DNA of 64,000 nucleotides from Nitrospirales bacterium (GTDB lineage Bacteria; Nitrospirota; Nitrospiria; Nitrospirales; UBA8639): NCBI GenBank assembly GCA_965203295.1, contig CBDBCZ010000017.1, positions 416,001 to 480,000 of the forward strand, read 5' to 3'. Shown piece by piece: positions 22,904 to 35,723 of this stretch (position 1 is its first letter; each line of letters starts with the position of its first letter). The notes under the pieces were generated by a model. It saw only the letters and a program-made list of their open reading frames with translations, ran no database searches and was not told where the DNA came from. The position numbers and the translations under genes were made by a program.

Positions 22904-25900
22904 TTACACCTTCACCCGTGTTACAGTAGAGTTTTGATGCGTACTACCACAGTTACATTGCTTGGATATAAATTGCTTGAACTTAGTAATGTCTACTACA
23001 TAGATTAGATTGACAAATGGATACAGTGCAAAGATTACTAAGCCGAGGTTTGCAGGAATCTCAAATTCCACTCTTTCATACGTTTTTTCGCATACTCTTC
23101 CACCAGGAGCTTCACATGACAAGTAATCTCTCAGTTCATTACCGAAATGTTTGCCAAAAGTACCTAGCGAAGACAATCCTAGAACGCTACCAAGGCATAT
23201 TGCATAGTAGACGAACGTGATGAGTACTTTGAGTTCAGCTGTACTCATCAGAAGAGACGAACGCAGCACTGCTTTGAAACTCTGCAGATGGAAAAATAAA
23301 AGTAGGTGTAGCAATCATTATTTGTCTGCCAATGTGCATGCTACACTCCTGTATACCTGAGATAATAAAATGGATGCAATATGCATGAAGAAGTATCTAC
23401 TAAATATACATGCTAGTGGTTTGCAGAATATAGTAATTACCTTTCCACCCTGCTTTCTTCTCTTCTTTCGATAGAGTCGTATTATTACCCAAAAAATGAT
23501 GGCTGTGAGGGAGAGACTGATGGCCAGCATGATACAGGCAGGCCAAATAATGCCATATGTGATAACATTGGACCCTGGGTGACATGTTATGGGTGGGAAC
23601 CGCTGATACTTTTCTTGGTCAAATGCTACAATTATAGCAATCCATGGCAATATCAGAGCCAACAGTAGCATTGTCAAGTGGACATACTTGTGGTAACCTT
23701 TAAGTTTATAAGATCTTGCATGAAATGGAAACATCACTGCCCAAAACACCGACAGAATGTGAAAGCAGATGAACATAGCGAGCAGCAGAGGGATGTAGAT
23801 GAACATAATGGCTGTGAGCAAGAGAAAGATATATAAACTGATCATGCAAGACATAAATATAGCTTTTATTATTTGGCAATGAAAACAGGACATACAACAG
23901 AAACAAAGACCAACTGATGACAATATCTGTCTGGGTTGCTTCCTCCCTACTGTGGGCAGCCATTATTATACATACCAGCTGTTTCCTCCATGCCATGCTA
24001 TACATGATGCTGTTTTTTCCTCTCCCCTTTTTACCTGCACGTCCTAAATAAATCATTTGAATTGACTGTGCTATCATAGAATGATTGATTCAAGTTAACC
24101 AAGCATCTCATGCAAATCTTTGTACTGTAACAGTGTTAACAGTGTAGCATATTATAATACAGACAAACAGATTCAATACTGTGGCTCATGAACATAGTAA
24201 ACCTCCTTGGAACTAATATAATGACAAACCTTGAAACTTGCAAAAAGTTTTTGGATGTCGAAAACTCTCGCCCAGGTCTCGAAACTGGCAGAAGAGCGCC
24301 TTGCGATCAAAGTATCCCACTAACATAGTCAATTGAAGAACTCCCAACGTGACAGTGCCGTACACAATGAAGATTGCTGGAAACTTCAATCTGATAATAT
24401 AGGATGGAAACATATCTAATTCAATACTGTTCCACCTATCCACCTGCTTGGGGTATATGTACGTAGGCCTAACCCCTTTCTAGAGTATATTTTTTTTACC
24501 CTTTCTAGAGTATACTTTTTTAGACAGGACAATTATTTTCCAGCTAAATTACAATCTGTGGATGCTAATTACCAAATACAAAATTATAATTATTGCGTCA
24601 TCTATGTTTGTGATCATCATGCATGCACATGACAATCTAGTATTATTACGGCAACAGAGTTGGAACACTGCAAGGCAGGAGAATACTCACACATTCTTGT
24701 AGTAGATGCAGGAGAGAACCAGGAGCACTGCTGCACCGATAAAGAAAACTGTAGCCATTATGATCACCATCGTGTCAATGGGAATGTAAGTGCCAAACGA
24801 GAATGCATCCCATACTCCACACTCGGGCCTGCATATCCCATCCAGATCCCGGTAGAAGCCATCACTGCACATTGATGGCTCTGCACTAGTTGCGTTCACT
24901 GAAATTAAAAGAGTGTATATAGTATACAACATGCATGGTTGCAATCAGGTGCACATGCATATGCTGTACAAACCAATGCATCCTCGGACATGGAGAAATA
25001 ACTAGGTATAATATTATTAAATTACAGGTAGCTATGAGCATATTATATTATTATGTTTTTTGAAAATTAGTTTTCCGGTGGAGTAAAAGCTTTTTTAAGG
25101 GAATAACGTTCAATAATTTCTGTATGTACATACATCGTATAGTATATGCAACTTTGAGTGATTTTGACATTGATAACTCATGTACAGTCACTGAGCTCAA
25201 CCAACACTCACAATAGCATCCATTCAACTGGCATTCATGCAAGCTCGCACATACCTGCACACTCTTCGAAATTGTTTAGAGACACATCTGGAAATTCATA
25301 ACACTGTGGCAGCTGATTGGGGCCAAAAACAGCATTAGCAATAGCAAACGGTACCTCACATACTCCTTCAGTGACCGCCCTACACTGTTGAGATGAGGGC
25401 AGGTAGGGTTCTGGTCTGCCATTACTGCACAAACCAAAAATGGATATGCACAAGAATTGCGGAGCTATTTCATTGCATTCTGGACTTGGATCTAGACTTG
25501 GCAGCACACTGATTGCAGTTTGTGCTACCAGCTCTGATTCCTCTTGGTTTTGATTAGCTGGGATAAATACTTCGCTGCCACCATCACCAAAAAGACAATT
25601 CTGCAATGCTTGCAGAGTAGCTCTACATACATCTCCCGTGTAAACTTCTGGGATGCAGAATGTAGTATTTCCCTCTTCACCATCTCGGCTTGGAGTATTT
25701 GTATTGACAACTTCGACATCCTACATAGTTTGGAATTGGTTAATGACAGATCAGTTAGCGAATTCCTTAGCAATTGGTCATCTCTTGGCCAACTGCATGA
25801 ACAATAATTATTAATAGTCTTTCCCATACCATGCACAAAAGCCAAAAAAATATGGTTATCTACTAGACTACATATTAACTAAAAGTCTCTATATAGCAGA

Positions 25901-28900
25901 GACATAGTCTATCAAGCTAGACCCTTGCTTTGTGCAGAGGAGGGTCTAGGAGGGCTAGCTTGATAGACTAGCAGAGACATAGATCTACCCTTCGCTACAT
26001 TTTTTTACCCTGGACTCTGGAGACTGGACTCTAGCCTGATGGCTCTGTATAGCAAGAAAGAATCGCATACCGCATGCTCGTGTAGTGCCACAATGAAGCT
26101 AGCTGTGGACGTGAACGATTGCCATATTAAGTTATGACAGAGACGTTTTTCTGTGTATGCTCCCATATGAACATGTGTTCTAAGACCGTATATGCATGCT
26201 CGCCCTTGAGTTCTAGACCGTAATAAAAATGGCCAAACCTTAAGGTGGTGTTCAGCCGAGATATCGATGTCCCAAAATTAATGAAAAATCACATTTTTGA
26301 GACATTTTTGAGCTTATGTACCCCCATGCACATATAATTTCACCAAAGTGTCTAAATCATGAGTGCTATGCAATGGCACTTAGTATTTCCTGAGGAGAGT
26401 CAAAGAAAAAAAGTTGGAAAGTTAAATTTACTCTGTATGTTTCGAAAAGGTGTTCATTGAAGAGATCTCATTGAGAAGATTACTGGGTTGCTTCATACCT
26501 CTATGGTTTTCCGGGAATAAAAGTCCAAAAATCTTTGGGTGGGACACCACTTTAAGCTTACTGTGTTAAATAAGAAAGAGCTCAAACTGCTTTGGTCATT
26601 ATCAGGTACACACGTCTTTTTAACAGCTGGAGCGCGCGCAGCATGCGAACGGCTGGTCCTAAGATTGCTTTACGTTTTTCGCGTCTGTTTGTTTGTGCGT
26701 CCGCACTTATTACATCATACGTTACTATGCAACTGCAGTGTATAGCAGCTTTGGAGGTTTGCAGGCCAAGCAGCAGGTAGTTGTGTGTTGCCTATAGATG
26801 GTGAAAACTAGGTAGGCAGCCGTAAAGATCCTGTTTTCGTGGCATATAGCTATTAAGTGCAAGCGCACAACGAAACTGTCGAGTCAGCACTTTCGCTGTA
26901 TCACTATGATTTGTGTTGTACAGCTGCAGTTTAATAGCTTGCATGGCCAGAGCTGAGTTGTGTGTATTGTACAGGAAAGGTGCCCAGCTGGTTTTTAGAC
27001 ATAAAATGACAGACATGGATTTAATGTTGGTGTCGAGTTTAGCATTTGTTTAACTCTGTATTTTTCAGAATTAAAAATTTTTACCAGCCGGAGCGCGCAA
27101 AGTGCGCGAGCGTTTGATCCTAAGATTGCACGCTTTATGTTTAACGTTTGTTTGTGCGTCTGCACTTATCACGTTCACAATATATTACGTCATACATTAC
27201 TATATGGAACTGCAGTATATAGCAGTTATTGGAGGTTGTAGGCCAAGCTACAATAAATGAAGGTAGTTGTGTCTTGCCTAGATCATGAAAACTTGTTTTA
27301 AAACTTGCACAAGATCACTCGTGGAGAGGCTATTTTTGCTCCTCTCAGCCCAAGACGCTTTCTTTACATCATCAGACAGCATAGCTAATTGCATTCCACT
27401 ACTGGTACACATGATCGCTTCTAACCTCCTCTGATTGTATATAGCAATAGTCACTATAATTTGCAGTTAATACGTTCTACAGTTTTCAGTTAGCTTGGCC
27501 TGAGCTGAGTTGTGTGTATTGTACGGGATAGGTTCCCGGCTGGTTTTTAGACATGAAATGCCAGCCTGACTTGTTTAAAAGTTAGGGTTGGGTTTAACAT
27601 TTTTTTACAGGGTTAATCACATGATTAATTTTTCTTCCAATAGACATGGAGCCGACAGTCAGACAGACAAACCAATTGCTTAAGGTAGGAAGAGCCTCAC
27701 CTTCGAATCCGCGTGATTCTCCTCATGAATAATTAATGAGATGACGTCACTCACGTGGCGCTAATTAGATTCATTGATATGTTTGCATTTTCCCATGGCG
27801 GCAACCGGAATCAACAGGAGGGGTGTGTCACTTTGATGTGGATAGCGGCTCTTTCATATGCGATATCGGCACTTTGATGTGTTTTTTTTTTTTTTTTTTT
27901 TTTTTTAAAGAAGATATGACATTATAGAATTGTGAGTAGGCTTTTTATGTCAGAATAGCTAGCTAGTGTGTTATAGAAAGTTTGTTAGGCTGCCCGAGTG
28001 GCTAGAAGTCAGCCAGACAGACGGATAGTGGCAGGTTGTTGCCCATCTCAGGTAGGCTAGAATAGTCACCTTTCGGGTCTGTAGGCCCCGCCCATTTTTT
28101 TAAAATTAGTTCAAATAGCTAGTTGTGTGAAAATCTGTGGAGATTTATAGGGAGAGCATTGGTGGGTGGTTCTCAGAAACCGAGGGGTGAATGAAAAATC
28201 GCATCCCTAATTTTTGTGGGAGTAGGTTGAAGTTGTAATGCAGGGCTCGAATTCGTCGGGTGAGCGTGGGCGGTTGCCGAATTTTTTTTGAAAGTCAGGA
28301 TAGCGAAAATGAGGGTTTTGGGGTGGTTGGATGCGTTCAGGGCTGTAAAACTGGCTTTGAAGTATTCCTGTGAAAAAGCATGCCTACGTTTGTAGCCTGT
28401 CCTCTGTAGGTACTGGTGTTGTTGCCAGACTGTGGGTGGGGCTCTAGCAGATTCCAAAATTTCTCGTATTTTAAAGCAACCCGAAATTGCGTTTTTGTGG
28501 ATTTTTTAGCAGGAGGTGTGGTTAGATGCAAAAATTTTGTCAATTCGAGGTAGACTTTCATGTTATCAACAAAGCCGTCCATTTGAATTGTGGATTCCAG
28601 GTGAGGCTATTCCTACCTTAACTAGGCCACATATACGCATAAGGAAATTAGAACTTCGTGTTGCAGTGCACAGGTAATGCACCTCTATTGTGGACACCTT
28701 AAGAACCACCATTATAGAGAGGTCTCCTCATTTCAGGGATAGATTTTTACTAAGGAAACATATTTTGGGATTTAGCAAAGTGTCCTTAATACAGAGGTGT
28801 CGTTTAAGAGGAGTTCTACATGTGACTGGAAGTCGATTACATGATTTTTGCATGGTCTTCCACATTCAAGACAAAGGCTACATATGTACATTAATTCCTT

Positions 28901-29442
28901 GGCCAATTAAGGGAGTGCTTGTTGTTCTCATCTGCATGCATGCTTTGTACCATAGCTATAGGCTAAGCGTTGACAGGTTAATACAATATGGTTGGGGGGG
29001 GGGGGGGGTTAGCCTCGTTCCCAGCCCCCCCCCCGACTTTTCCAGTTACACGAAGGAAAGACTTCGTACACGTGAAACCAAAAAAGCCGTGAGAATATAT
29101 TCTATGGGCAAGTTGAGGAGTGGGGCATTGGCATGCAGGTTTAAACGCTTACATTTATGCAAAGCCGTACTAAAGGCTTTAGTAGCCCGGGCCTGGACTT
29201 GAGATGAGATTAATTTTTACATAATTTTGAACTCTTACCTCGGATAATCCAATAATGCTGAACACAGCTGGTAGCGACAGTAGTCCCCAGAGAACGACGA
29301 GCACTATACACAACACCGCTATATCAATACGTTTCCTGTAATTGACTCCGGGTTTTGCCGCCCGTTCTTCGGCAGCTGAAGTGGGCACAGACGCGTTGTT
29401 ACTTGTCAAGGTCTTTAATTCGATTTCCACCGAGCTATCCAT
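22904..29442 (-). CDS. Receptor G4 (more divergent paralog), 595 aa, 6 exons
   Basis: Exons 29239-29442, 25255-25720, 24691-24898, 24230-24390, 23441-23811, 22904-23281; GT-AG, in frame (1788 nt); 3.5-kb TE-filled intron 1. Confidence 0.8.
25905..25970. mobile_element. AcademH-like mini-element
   Basis: TAGTCTATCAAGCTAG...CTAGCTTGATAGACTA with perfect 9-bp TSD GCAGAGACA. Confidence 0.75.
26244..26551. mobile_element. TTAA-flanked MITE (Kolobok-like), degraded
   Basis: TTAA|GGTGGTGT...ACACCACT|TTAA with imperfect TIRs. Confidence 0.5.
26617..27550. mobile_element. Two tandem, diverged Helentron/HINE-like elements (~26617-26998 and ~27078-27550)
   Basis: Both start in a T-run, carry subterminal inverted repeats (ACCAGCCGG / CCGGCTGGT) and a GTTT(G) microsatellite; mutually similar. 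Confidence 0.45.
27684..28617. mobile_element. Non-autonomous Kolobok-like DNA transposon (934 bp)
   Basis: TTAA TSD both sides; TIR GGTAGGAA(G/T)AGCCTCACCT..GAATCC. Confidence 0.75.
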
Positions 29443-30128
29443 GTTCCAAAACGTTTAACAGCGCCAGGCACCACGCCCACTAAATTTTCCACAGTCATGT
29501 GACGCTTTTGACGTTAGGTAAATCATAGATATGGGTAAATTTATTCATTTGTCATTTATAGCCGCAGCAGCAAGGTATACAAAATGGCTAATATGCAACA
29601 TGTACATCATGATAAGGAGTCAGAGAACCAGATCCATTTTTTTCACTAATAAGATGCAGGGTGTTCGTAAGGCTGAATAATAATGGAAGGGGATACATGT
29701 ACAGCAGGAGCAGAAATGATTCACTGCTGATAACTGTAAGGGAACATTTATATGGTACCTCACAGATACATACAGCTGTACATGGTTGAAATGGTGCTTT
29801 TCAGGAGGCTTTTTCTACCATGCATAATGCTGTCCATAGGGTGGGCAATGAGCTGTGCATGCAGCAAAGGCTATGTAATTTTTGCAATAACGCTTTGTCT
29901 TACTCTATATGTATAGTGAGGGAATTATTCAAATTAATTATTCATGAGATGTACAAGCAATATTAGTGCACAATTTGTATGTAAAATGCAATCATCAAGG
30001 CATGCAATAAAATGATGTATACATGAAATGTAATGTGTATAATGTTAACTCGATCATGTATGAGAAGAGTTGATGCCTCCATATGACCATCAAACAGTAA
30101 ATAAGCAGTACTCTAATTATTCATTGTG

Positions 30129-30500
30129 TCATTTGCGTGAAGTTTTTCTTGAAATCCACTCTTTAATCTTCTTGATGTTCAGAACGTACAACAAGTTGGC
30201 AATTGGATACAGTCCCAGCACTGACACTCCGATATTCACTGGAAGTTCGATCCTAAGAGACTGGAACGATCTCTGACATACTATTCCTGGTGTGATTCCA
30301 ACAGCTTCACAGGTGAGATATTCCTTAAGATTTTCACTAAACCCAGCTTGTCCACTGATCATGAGAGAAGTTAAAGAGCCAATTGCTTTGAGACTGCCAA
30401 TAAGAAATACATAATAGATGAAAGTGATGAGTATTTTGAGTTCGGCTGGACTATGAAACAGGTGAGATGATAGAACTGCTTTTATTAACGGTCGCATGGG
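30129..30500 (-). pseudogene. Orphan last exon (TM6-TM7) of a divergent receptor paralog G5
   Basis: AELKILITFIYY...EYLTCEA...VC...ELPVNIG...LYPIANLLYV aligns to exon 6 of G1-G4; acceptor reads CAA instead of CAG; no upstream exons found in the window. Confidence 0.75.
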
Positions 30501-30968
30501 TTGTGAAAAAAGAAACATAATATGAAGCAGAAGTCTCAATTGATCCTATGACTACATGACTACATTATTTGGATAATGCACACTTTCTAAATTATGCACA
30601 CTTTCTAAATTATGCCCGGCAGACTGTCTGGCTGTCTGAGGTCAACAAGAGTACTAAATACTTTAAGCATCAGTTGTGAAGCTTGGTTTCTGAGTATATT
30701 TCCCGTGTCCCGACTCTAGTACATGTATTGCAGCCTGCATGCCTGTAACTATAAGGATGAGGGCAGGAATTTATCCACACACAAATGTACACTATATACC
30801 AGTAACTGGAATGTCTCAAAGAAAGTTGCCACTAATAAAAAAAAGTACACTGTATGTATTATTATATACACGTACCTAAAATAAAAGTGACAAAAACATA
30901 ATATGTATAGGGTTCAGCAACTTTCATAATTAGCTCACTAACTAACTCTCTTCATGCAATCAGTTTAA

Positions 30969-31533
30969 TCACCACGGGCCCATGACCTCAGGTTCTTCGT
31001 ACTCATAGTAATCCATTTCATCAAACTCAGCCAGCTGCTCAAAGACTTCTTCTTCTCCTGCAGCTCTCCCTGCCCTCGAACCAGACGGTCCCCTTGGTCC
31101 AGCGGTTCCAGGACGACCCCTCGTAGGGGGACCCGGTGGGCCAGGTGGTCCTATTGGTCCAGCACCAGGAGTACCCGGTCTTCGAGTACCAGGTGTTCGA
31201 GATCCGCTATTGGTGCAGACACAGAACAGACGGCCTGCCCTGCGATTAAACCTGCATACTCCACGCCTGTAGCCCTTTCTTCCACACCCTATTGCGCATT
31301 GAGCTGGTCCGTAATCTGCAGCAATACAGAATAACCAACACAGGAATGATCCATAGATATTAAACACATTTTAATCTTGCTACTATCATAATTAGCTATA
31401 ATAATAGCTGTAAGTTTGATATTAAGAGTGTATACACATATTATCACTCACCGCAAACATTCTTGGAAGACTCTGCCACTGAGACAATGGCCAACACCAC
31501 AGCTGCAGCCAAAAAGATGATGGTAGCCTTCAT
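30969..31533 (-). CDS. Secreted defensin-like precursor A1 (142 aa)
   Basis: Exons 31452-31533 and 30969-31315, phase-1 GT-AG intron; MKATIIFLAAAVVLAIVSVAES-SKNVCDYGPAQCAIGCGRKGYRRGVCRFNRRAGRLFCVC-Gly/Pro/Arg linker-EEEVFEQLAEFDEMDYYEYEEPEVMGPW. Confidence 0.9.
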
Positions 31534-31586
31534 ATTGGTAGCTTCTTATGTTGCTGGAAGATGCTCAGTGACTAGAGAGGAGCTGC

Positions 31587-31593
31587 TTTTATA
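31587..31593 (-). promoter_or_regulatory. TATA box, present upstream of all six defensin-like genes (also 33993, 37961, 43623, 47594, 54328)
   Basis: Minus-strand CTATAAAAGCAGCTCCTCTCTAGTCAC conserved 54-67 bp upstream of each ATG. Confidence 0.75.
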
Positions 31594-33322
31594 GCAGTAG
31601 ACAGATAGCTATATAAGGATTCTGTGGATATAGATGTAGTCACAAATTAAACCTGCTGCCCTCCGTACTTGGCTTTGCTACTGTACATATCCCTATAGAT
31701 CATTGCTGCAGTATCCTGTAAGCCAAACGTATACAGAATGATGGTAAGTATACAATGCATGTACACTTAGTCTAGTGATGGCACACAGGATACTACCTGG
31801 AACTGATTGAGAAGCAGAAAACCTTCAGTACTTCCTCAGCATGTATGGCGGTTTATGGCTGAATATGACTGTTTACACATTTTAGCTAAATAGAATAACT
31901 TTAAATTTCCTGTCCTTGAATTATGAGTGGGTTGATTCATGGGTATAAAGAGTTCAATTCTGTGACTCTGCAATCTCTAAGGTCTTATGTTGTTGCTGTA
32001 TAACTTCCTTTAGTTCAGGATGTGTGACAGCCTCCCACCTGTTGATTAGGGTTGTGCATACCCACATACCAGAATGCAACATTACTGTGTATCACCTGGG
32101 ATATGGGATTCACCATTACATAATTATTTCCTTGAGAGCAAGTCTGGCTCAGTGGGGGTGCATATAGCGTTAAAGGTGCACAGTATATAGTTATTTTGAA
32201 TAAATCACATGCACACATCTCATCAAAGGCAATTGCATTGTCAATGTATTCAGATGTACCATATTTTATTATTGAGGACATAAACCTGCATTTATCATTT
32301 CCATGCTAATTCATATAACCAAGCCTACAAAAATTCACCTGCTAGATGGCATGGGATGGCACTTGGAATAGTGAAACATAAAAGAATTAATTTAAAAGAC
32401 TATATAGGCACAGCTTAAGCAGTGAACAAACTTGGAAGCACACTATGCGCATACACACACACTCCTTCACTACAAGTACAATAAAATTATGTACTAGGAC
32501 ATGTAAATAATAGCTAAAGGTATACATCAGATCATGTCCGCAGAAGAGTAAAGACCTAGCCTCAACATGCAGGTGACTGTATATTGTACTGTTTGCATGG
32601 TACCATATAGAGGTGACTCTATATGGTACCATTTGCATGCATGGGCTACTCAGTGACTTGCGAGGGATCCGCCTGCATGGCCCACCCCTTGTAAAATTAT
32701 CAAAAGACTCGCTTAAAACTGTCTGATCTACTGTAACAGTCTCACAGGACCAGACTATACTGCATGATATATAGACTCCACAACACCAATAGTCTCAACA
32801 TCATTTGATGACTATAGTGCTTTTTTGACTAGTATCACAAGGAGTTTTGAAACTGAAGTAGCTAATTCTCTGTAGATCTTATAATTAGAATGGCAGTGGT
32901 CTTTTTATAGAGTGTGAGTTCAAAATAGTGTTGATGCGTGTGTACTACATGCACACCCAAACAGCTTCCTGGGTGTGGTACACGAATCAAAATTAACATG
33001 TGTCCTCCCATCCCTTAACATGCATACACCCTTAATACTGCTGTACTGTCTTGATACTTCTTAATGAAGACATATTTGTCACTCGTACATTAGCTACAGA
33101 TATTCTCTTTAATTAAACACAAGAACTGTCAATCGTATTAAAAATGACATAATACACTGCATGATATATTCAGCGAAGATGATTATACATGCAATGCCAT
33201 ATACTTAAGTGTATAGGAAGCAGCAGCTATCTTAATTGTTTTCACATCTTACAGTTTAGCCACAAACATTACGTAAATGCAATAGTTCAATCTCTTTCTT
33301 CTTGCATGCCCATAGTTTTCAA

Positions 33323-33926
33323 TCACCACGGGCCCATAACTTCAGGTTCTTCATACACATAATCCATTTCATCGATCTCAGCCAGCTGTTCAAACACTTC
33401 TTCTTCTGCAGCTCTCGCTGCCCTCCGACCAGGTGGTCCCCTCGATCCAGCGGATCCAGGACGACCCCTCGCACCAGGGGGTGGGCCAGGTGGTCCAATT
33501 GGTCCTGGTCTTGGAGTACCAGGTGTTCGAGGTCTGGTATTGGTGCAGACACAGAACAGACGGCCTGCCCTGCGATTAAACCTGCACTCTCCATTCCTGT
33601 AGCCATTTCTTGAACACGCTATAGCGCATTCAACTGGATCATGATCTGTAGCATATTAAGAGATAAATACCAACTCAGTAATTATTATGTAAAGCATTGG
33701 TATTAAAAGCTTATACACATTAAATTATCAATTACCTATAACAACAACTTTACAGTAATGTAAACAGACAGCCAGCTGCATTCCGCAGGCTTCCAACTTG
33801 TCCATCGTAACCTTAAGAGCATGCTTTAGCTATCACTTAATTACCGCAAACTCCCTTGGAGGATTCTGCCAATGAGACAATTGCCAGCACCACAGCTGTA
33901 GCCAAGAGAATGATGGCAGCCTTCAT
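33323..33926 (-). CDS. Secreted defensin-like precursor B1 (134 aa)
   Basis: Exons 33845-33926 and 33323-33645; MKAAIILLATAVVLAIVSLAES-SKGVCDHDPVECAIACSRNGYRNGECRFNRRAGRLFCVC-TNTRPRTPGTPRPGPIGPPGPPPGARGRPGSAGSRGPPGRRAARAA-EEEVFEQLAEIDEMDYVYEEPEVMGPW; missed by the ORF track. Confidence 0.9.
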
Positions 33927-35588
33927 TTTGGTAGTTTCTTCTTGGATGTATATACGTTGTCAGAAGATGCTCGGTGACTAGAGAGGAGCTGCTTTTATAG
34001 GTAGAGCTAAGGCTTATGGCAATAAGGATTCTGTTACAGTAGGTGTAGGATATTGTGGCCACTAATTAAACCTTGTTGTCATTCAACTTGGTTTCACTAT
34101 AGTTTGATAGATCACTGCTGGCTTCCTGATTGCCTTTATAAGGCAACTTCATCAGCTACATGTGGGATACCACCTAGAACTGGTTGAAAGCACAAGAAAA
34201 GATTCAGTATTTCCCCAGCATGACACTGTAAAGTAAACATGTAGGTGTTTATTTGTCTTAATGTATGGCTGTTTACACATATTAGCTAAATAGAAGAACT
34301 TCAAATATCCTGTCTCTGAAGTATGAGTGGGTGCCGGGATTCACTGTCAGGTGTTCAATTTTGTGAGAAATATCGTCATCAGAGGTCTTGTTGTTTAACT
34401 TTAATGTGTGCAACCTCCCATCTGTTGCATGCACGTGACTGTTTACATACTAAATAGAAGAACTTTTCTCTGAATGATGAGTGGGTTGATTCAGGGGTGT
34501 CGAACTTCCTTTTTACTATAGAACGTGTGGTAACCTCCCACCTTCTGATTAGGGTGTGTTTGTTTATGCATACTCACATACAGGAACTCTGTATCACAGA
34601 AACTGCATGTGTCTCACAGGGGTGGATGATTAATATTATACCCATGCATGTGACTCTATACCACGCTTTTTAGTTTACTTGTGATTCACTCTTGCTACCC
34701 TGAGAGTCAGTATAAGGCTGGCTCAGCGGGTGCTAGACTAAGTCCAGCTCGATAGACTAAATGGGTACACGTGCATAATATTAAAGGTAGCTAACATACT
34801 GAAATTTATCAAAGGCAGTTGCAGCTATGTGTGCAGCAATACAATTATGACTAAACTAAGTGTATAGCATTCATCATAAATCTACATACATTATTGCTAT
34901 TTCCAGTAACATTTATCACCCCTGCATGTGAAAAAAATGTATCTACTACATGCAGGTATGCTTTGAGCTTGGGGTAGTAACAGTGAAACATAAAATGACT
35001 ACCCAAAGTTTGAGATACTGAGTAGAGTAGACCAGGTATGATATAGCTTATCAATCAGCTGGAACTATGGTTGAAAAGTACAAAAAACAGCTTCAGTACC
35101 TCCCCCAGCATGTATAGTTAAACTATAGTGGCAGAGGAACTGGATAATTTATGACTGAAAAATGTTGATTAAGGTTGTACTACCATACTCACATGCAAGA
35201 ATGTATCACCTGGGATATGGGATTCATCATTACATATTACTTCCTTGAGAGCAAGTCTGGCTCAGTGGGTGCATAGCGATAACGTGCACAGTGTTAAATT
35301 ATTTCGAATAGTATCACATGCACATATTTCCTCAAAGGCAATTGCATTGTCAATGTAAACAGATGTACCATATTTTATTAGGAAAACAATACCACAGTAT
35401 TCACTGCATTTATCGTTTTCAATATTTAATTCGTATCACCCAGCACACAAATTACCTACTAGCTGGCATATGCATGGGATGGCACTTGGAATAGTGAAAC
35501 TATACGCATGCATACACACACACAGTCACTCCTTTACTACAAGTAGACTATGAATAAAAATATGTAGGACATGTAAATAATAACTTAA

Positions 35589-35723
35589 CTCTTTCCCAGC
35601 CAAGTTACATCCATAAGGGTAATGTGAATTTATATTGGCCTTTTTATATTAGGTGTTAATATAGAGTACATGATTTTTTCTATTTTATATGGGCACATAA
35701 ATGTGCCCATGGCGTTCAAAGAG
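35589..35723. mobile_element. Short TTAA-specific MITE (copy at ~45226-45360)
   Basis: TTAA|CTCTTT...AAAGAG|TTAA; absent from the paralogous spacer at ~32510. Confidence 0.55.

Noticed and set aside
28690..29202. 170-aa plus-strand ORF
   Set aside because: GTG start, runs across MITE remnants and a poly-G tract in receptor intron 1, no recognisable motif
31060..31200. Collagen or spongin gene
   Set aside because: Only 4-5 consecutive Gly-X-Y triplets and no collagen C-terminal domain
30969..31367. ORF-track proteins starting MFNIYGSFLCWLFC (also 37353-37739 and 46986-47372) as single-exon genes
   Set aside because: The N-terminus is intron read-through. A proper signal-peptide exon with GT donor, TATA box and the missing first Cys lies upstream, and type B copies lack this ORF start.
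32104..32378. kappaB-like GGGATTCACC and IRF-like GAATAGTGAAAC motifs upstream of the peptide genes
   Set aside because: Imperfect short matches whose recurrence is explained by duplication; not supportable without functional data
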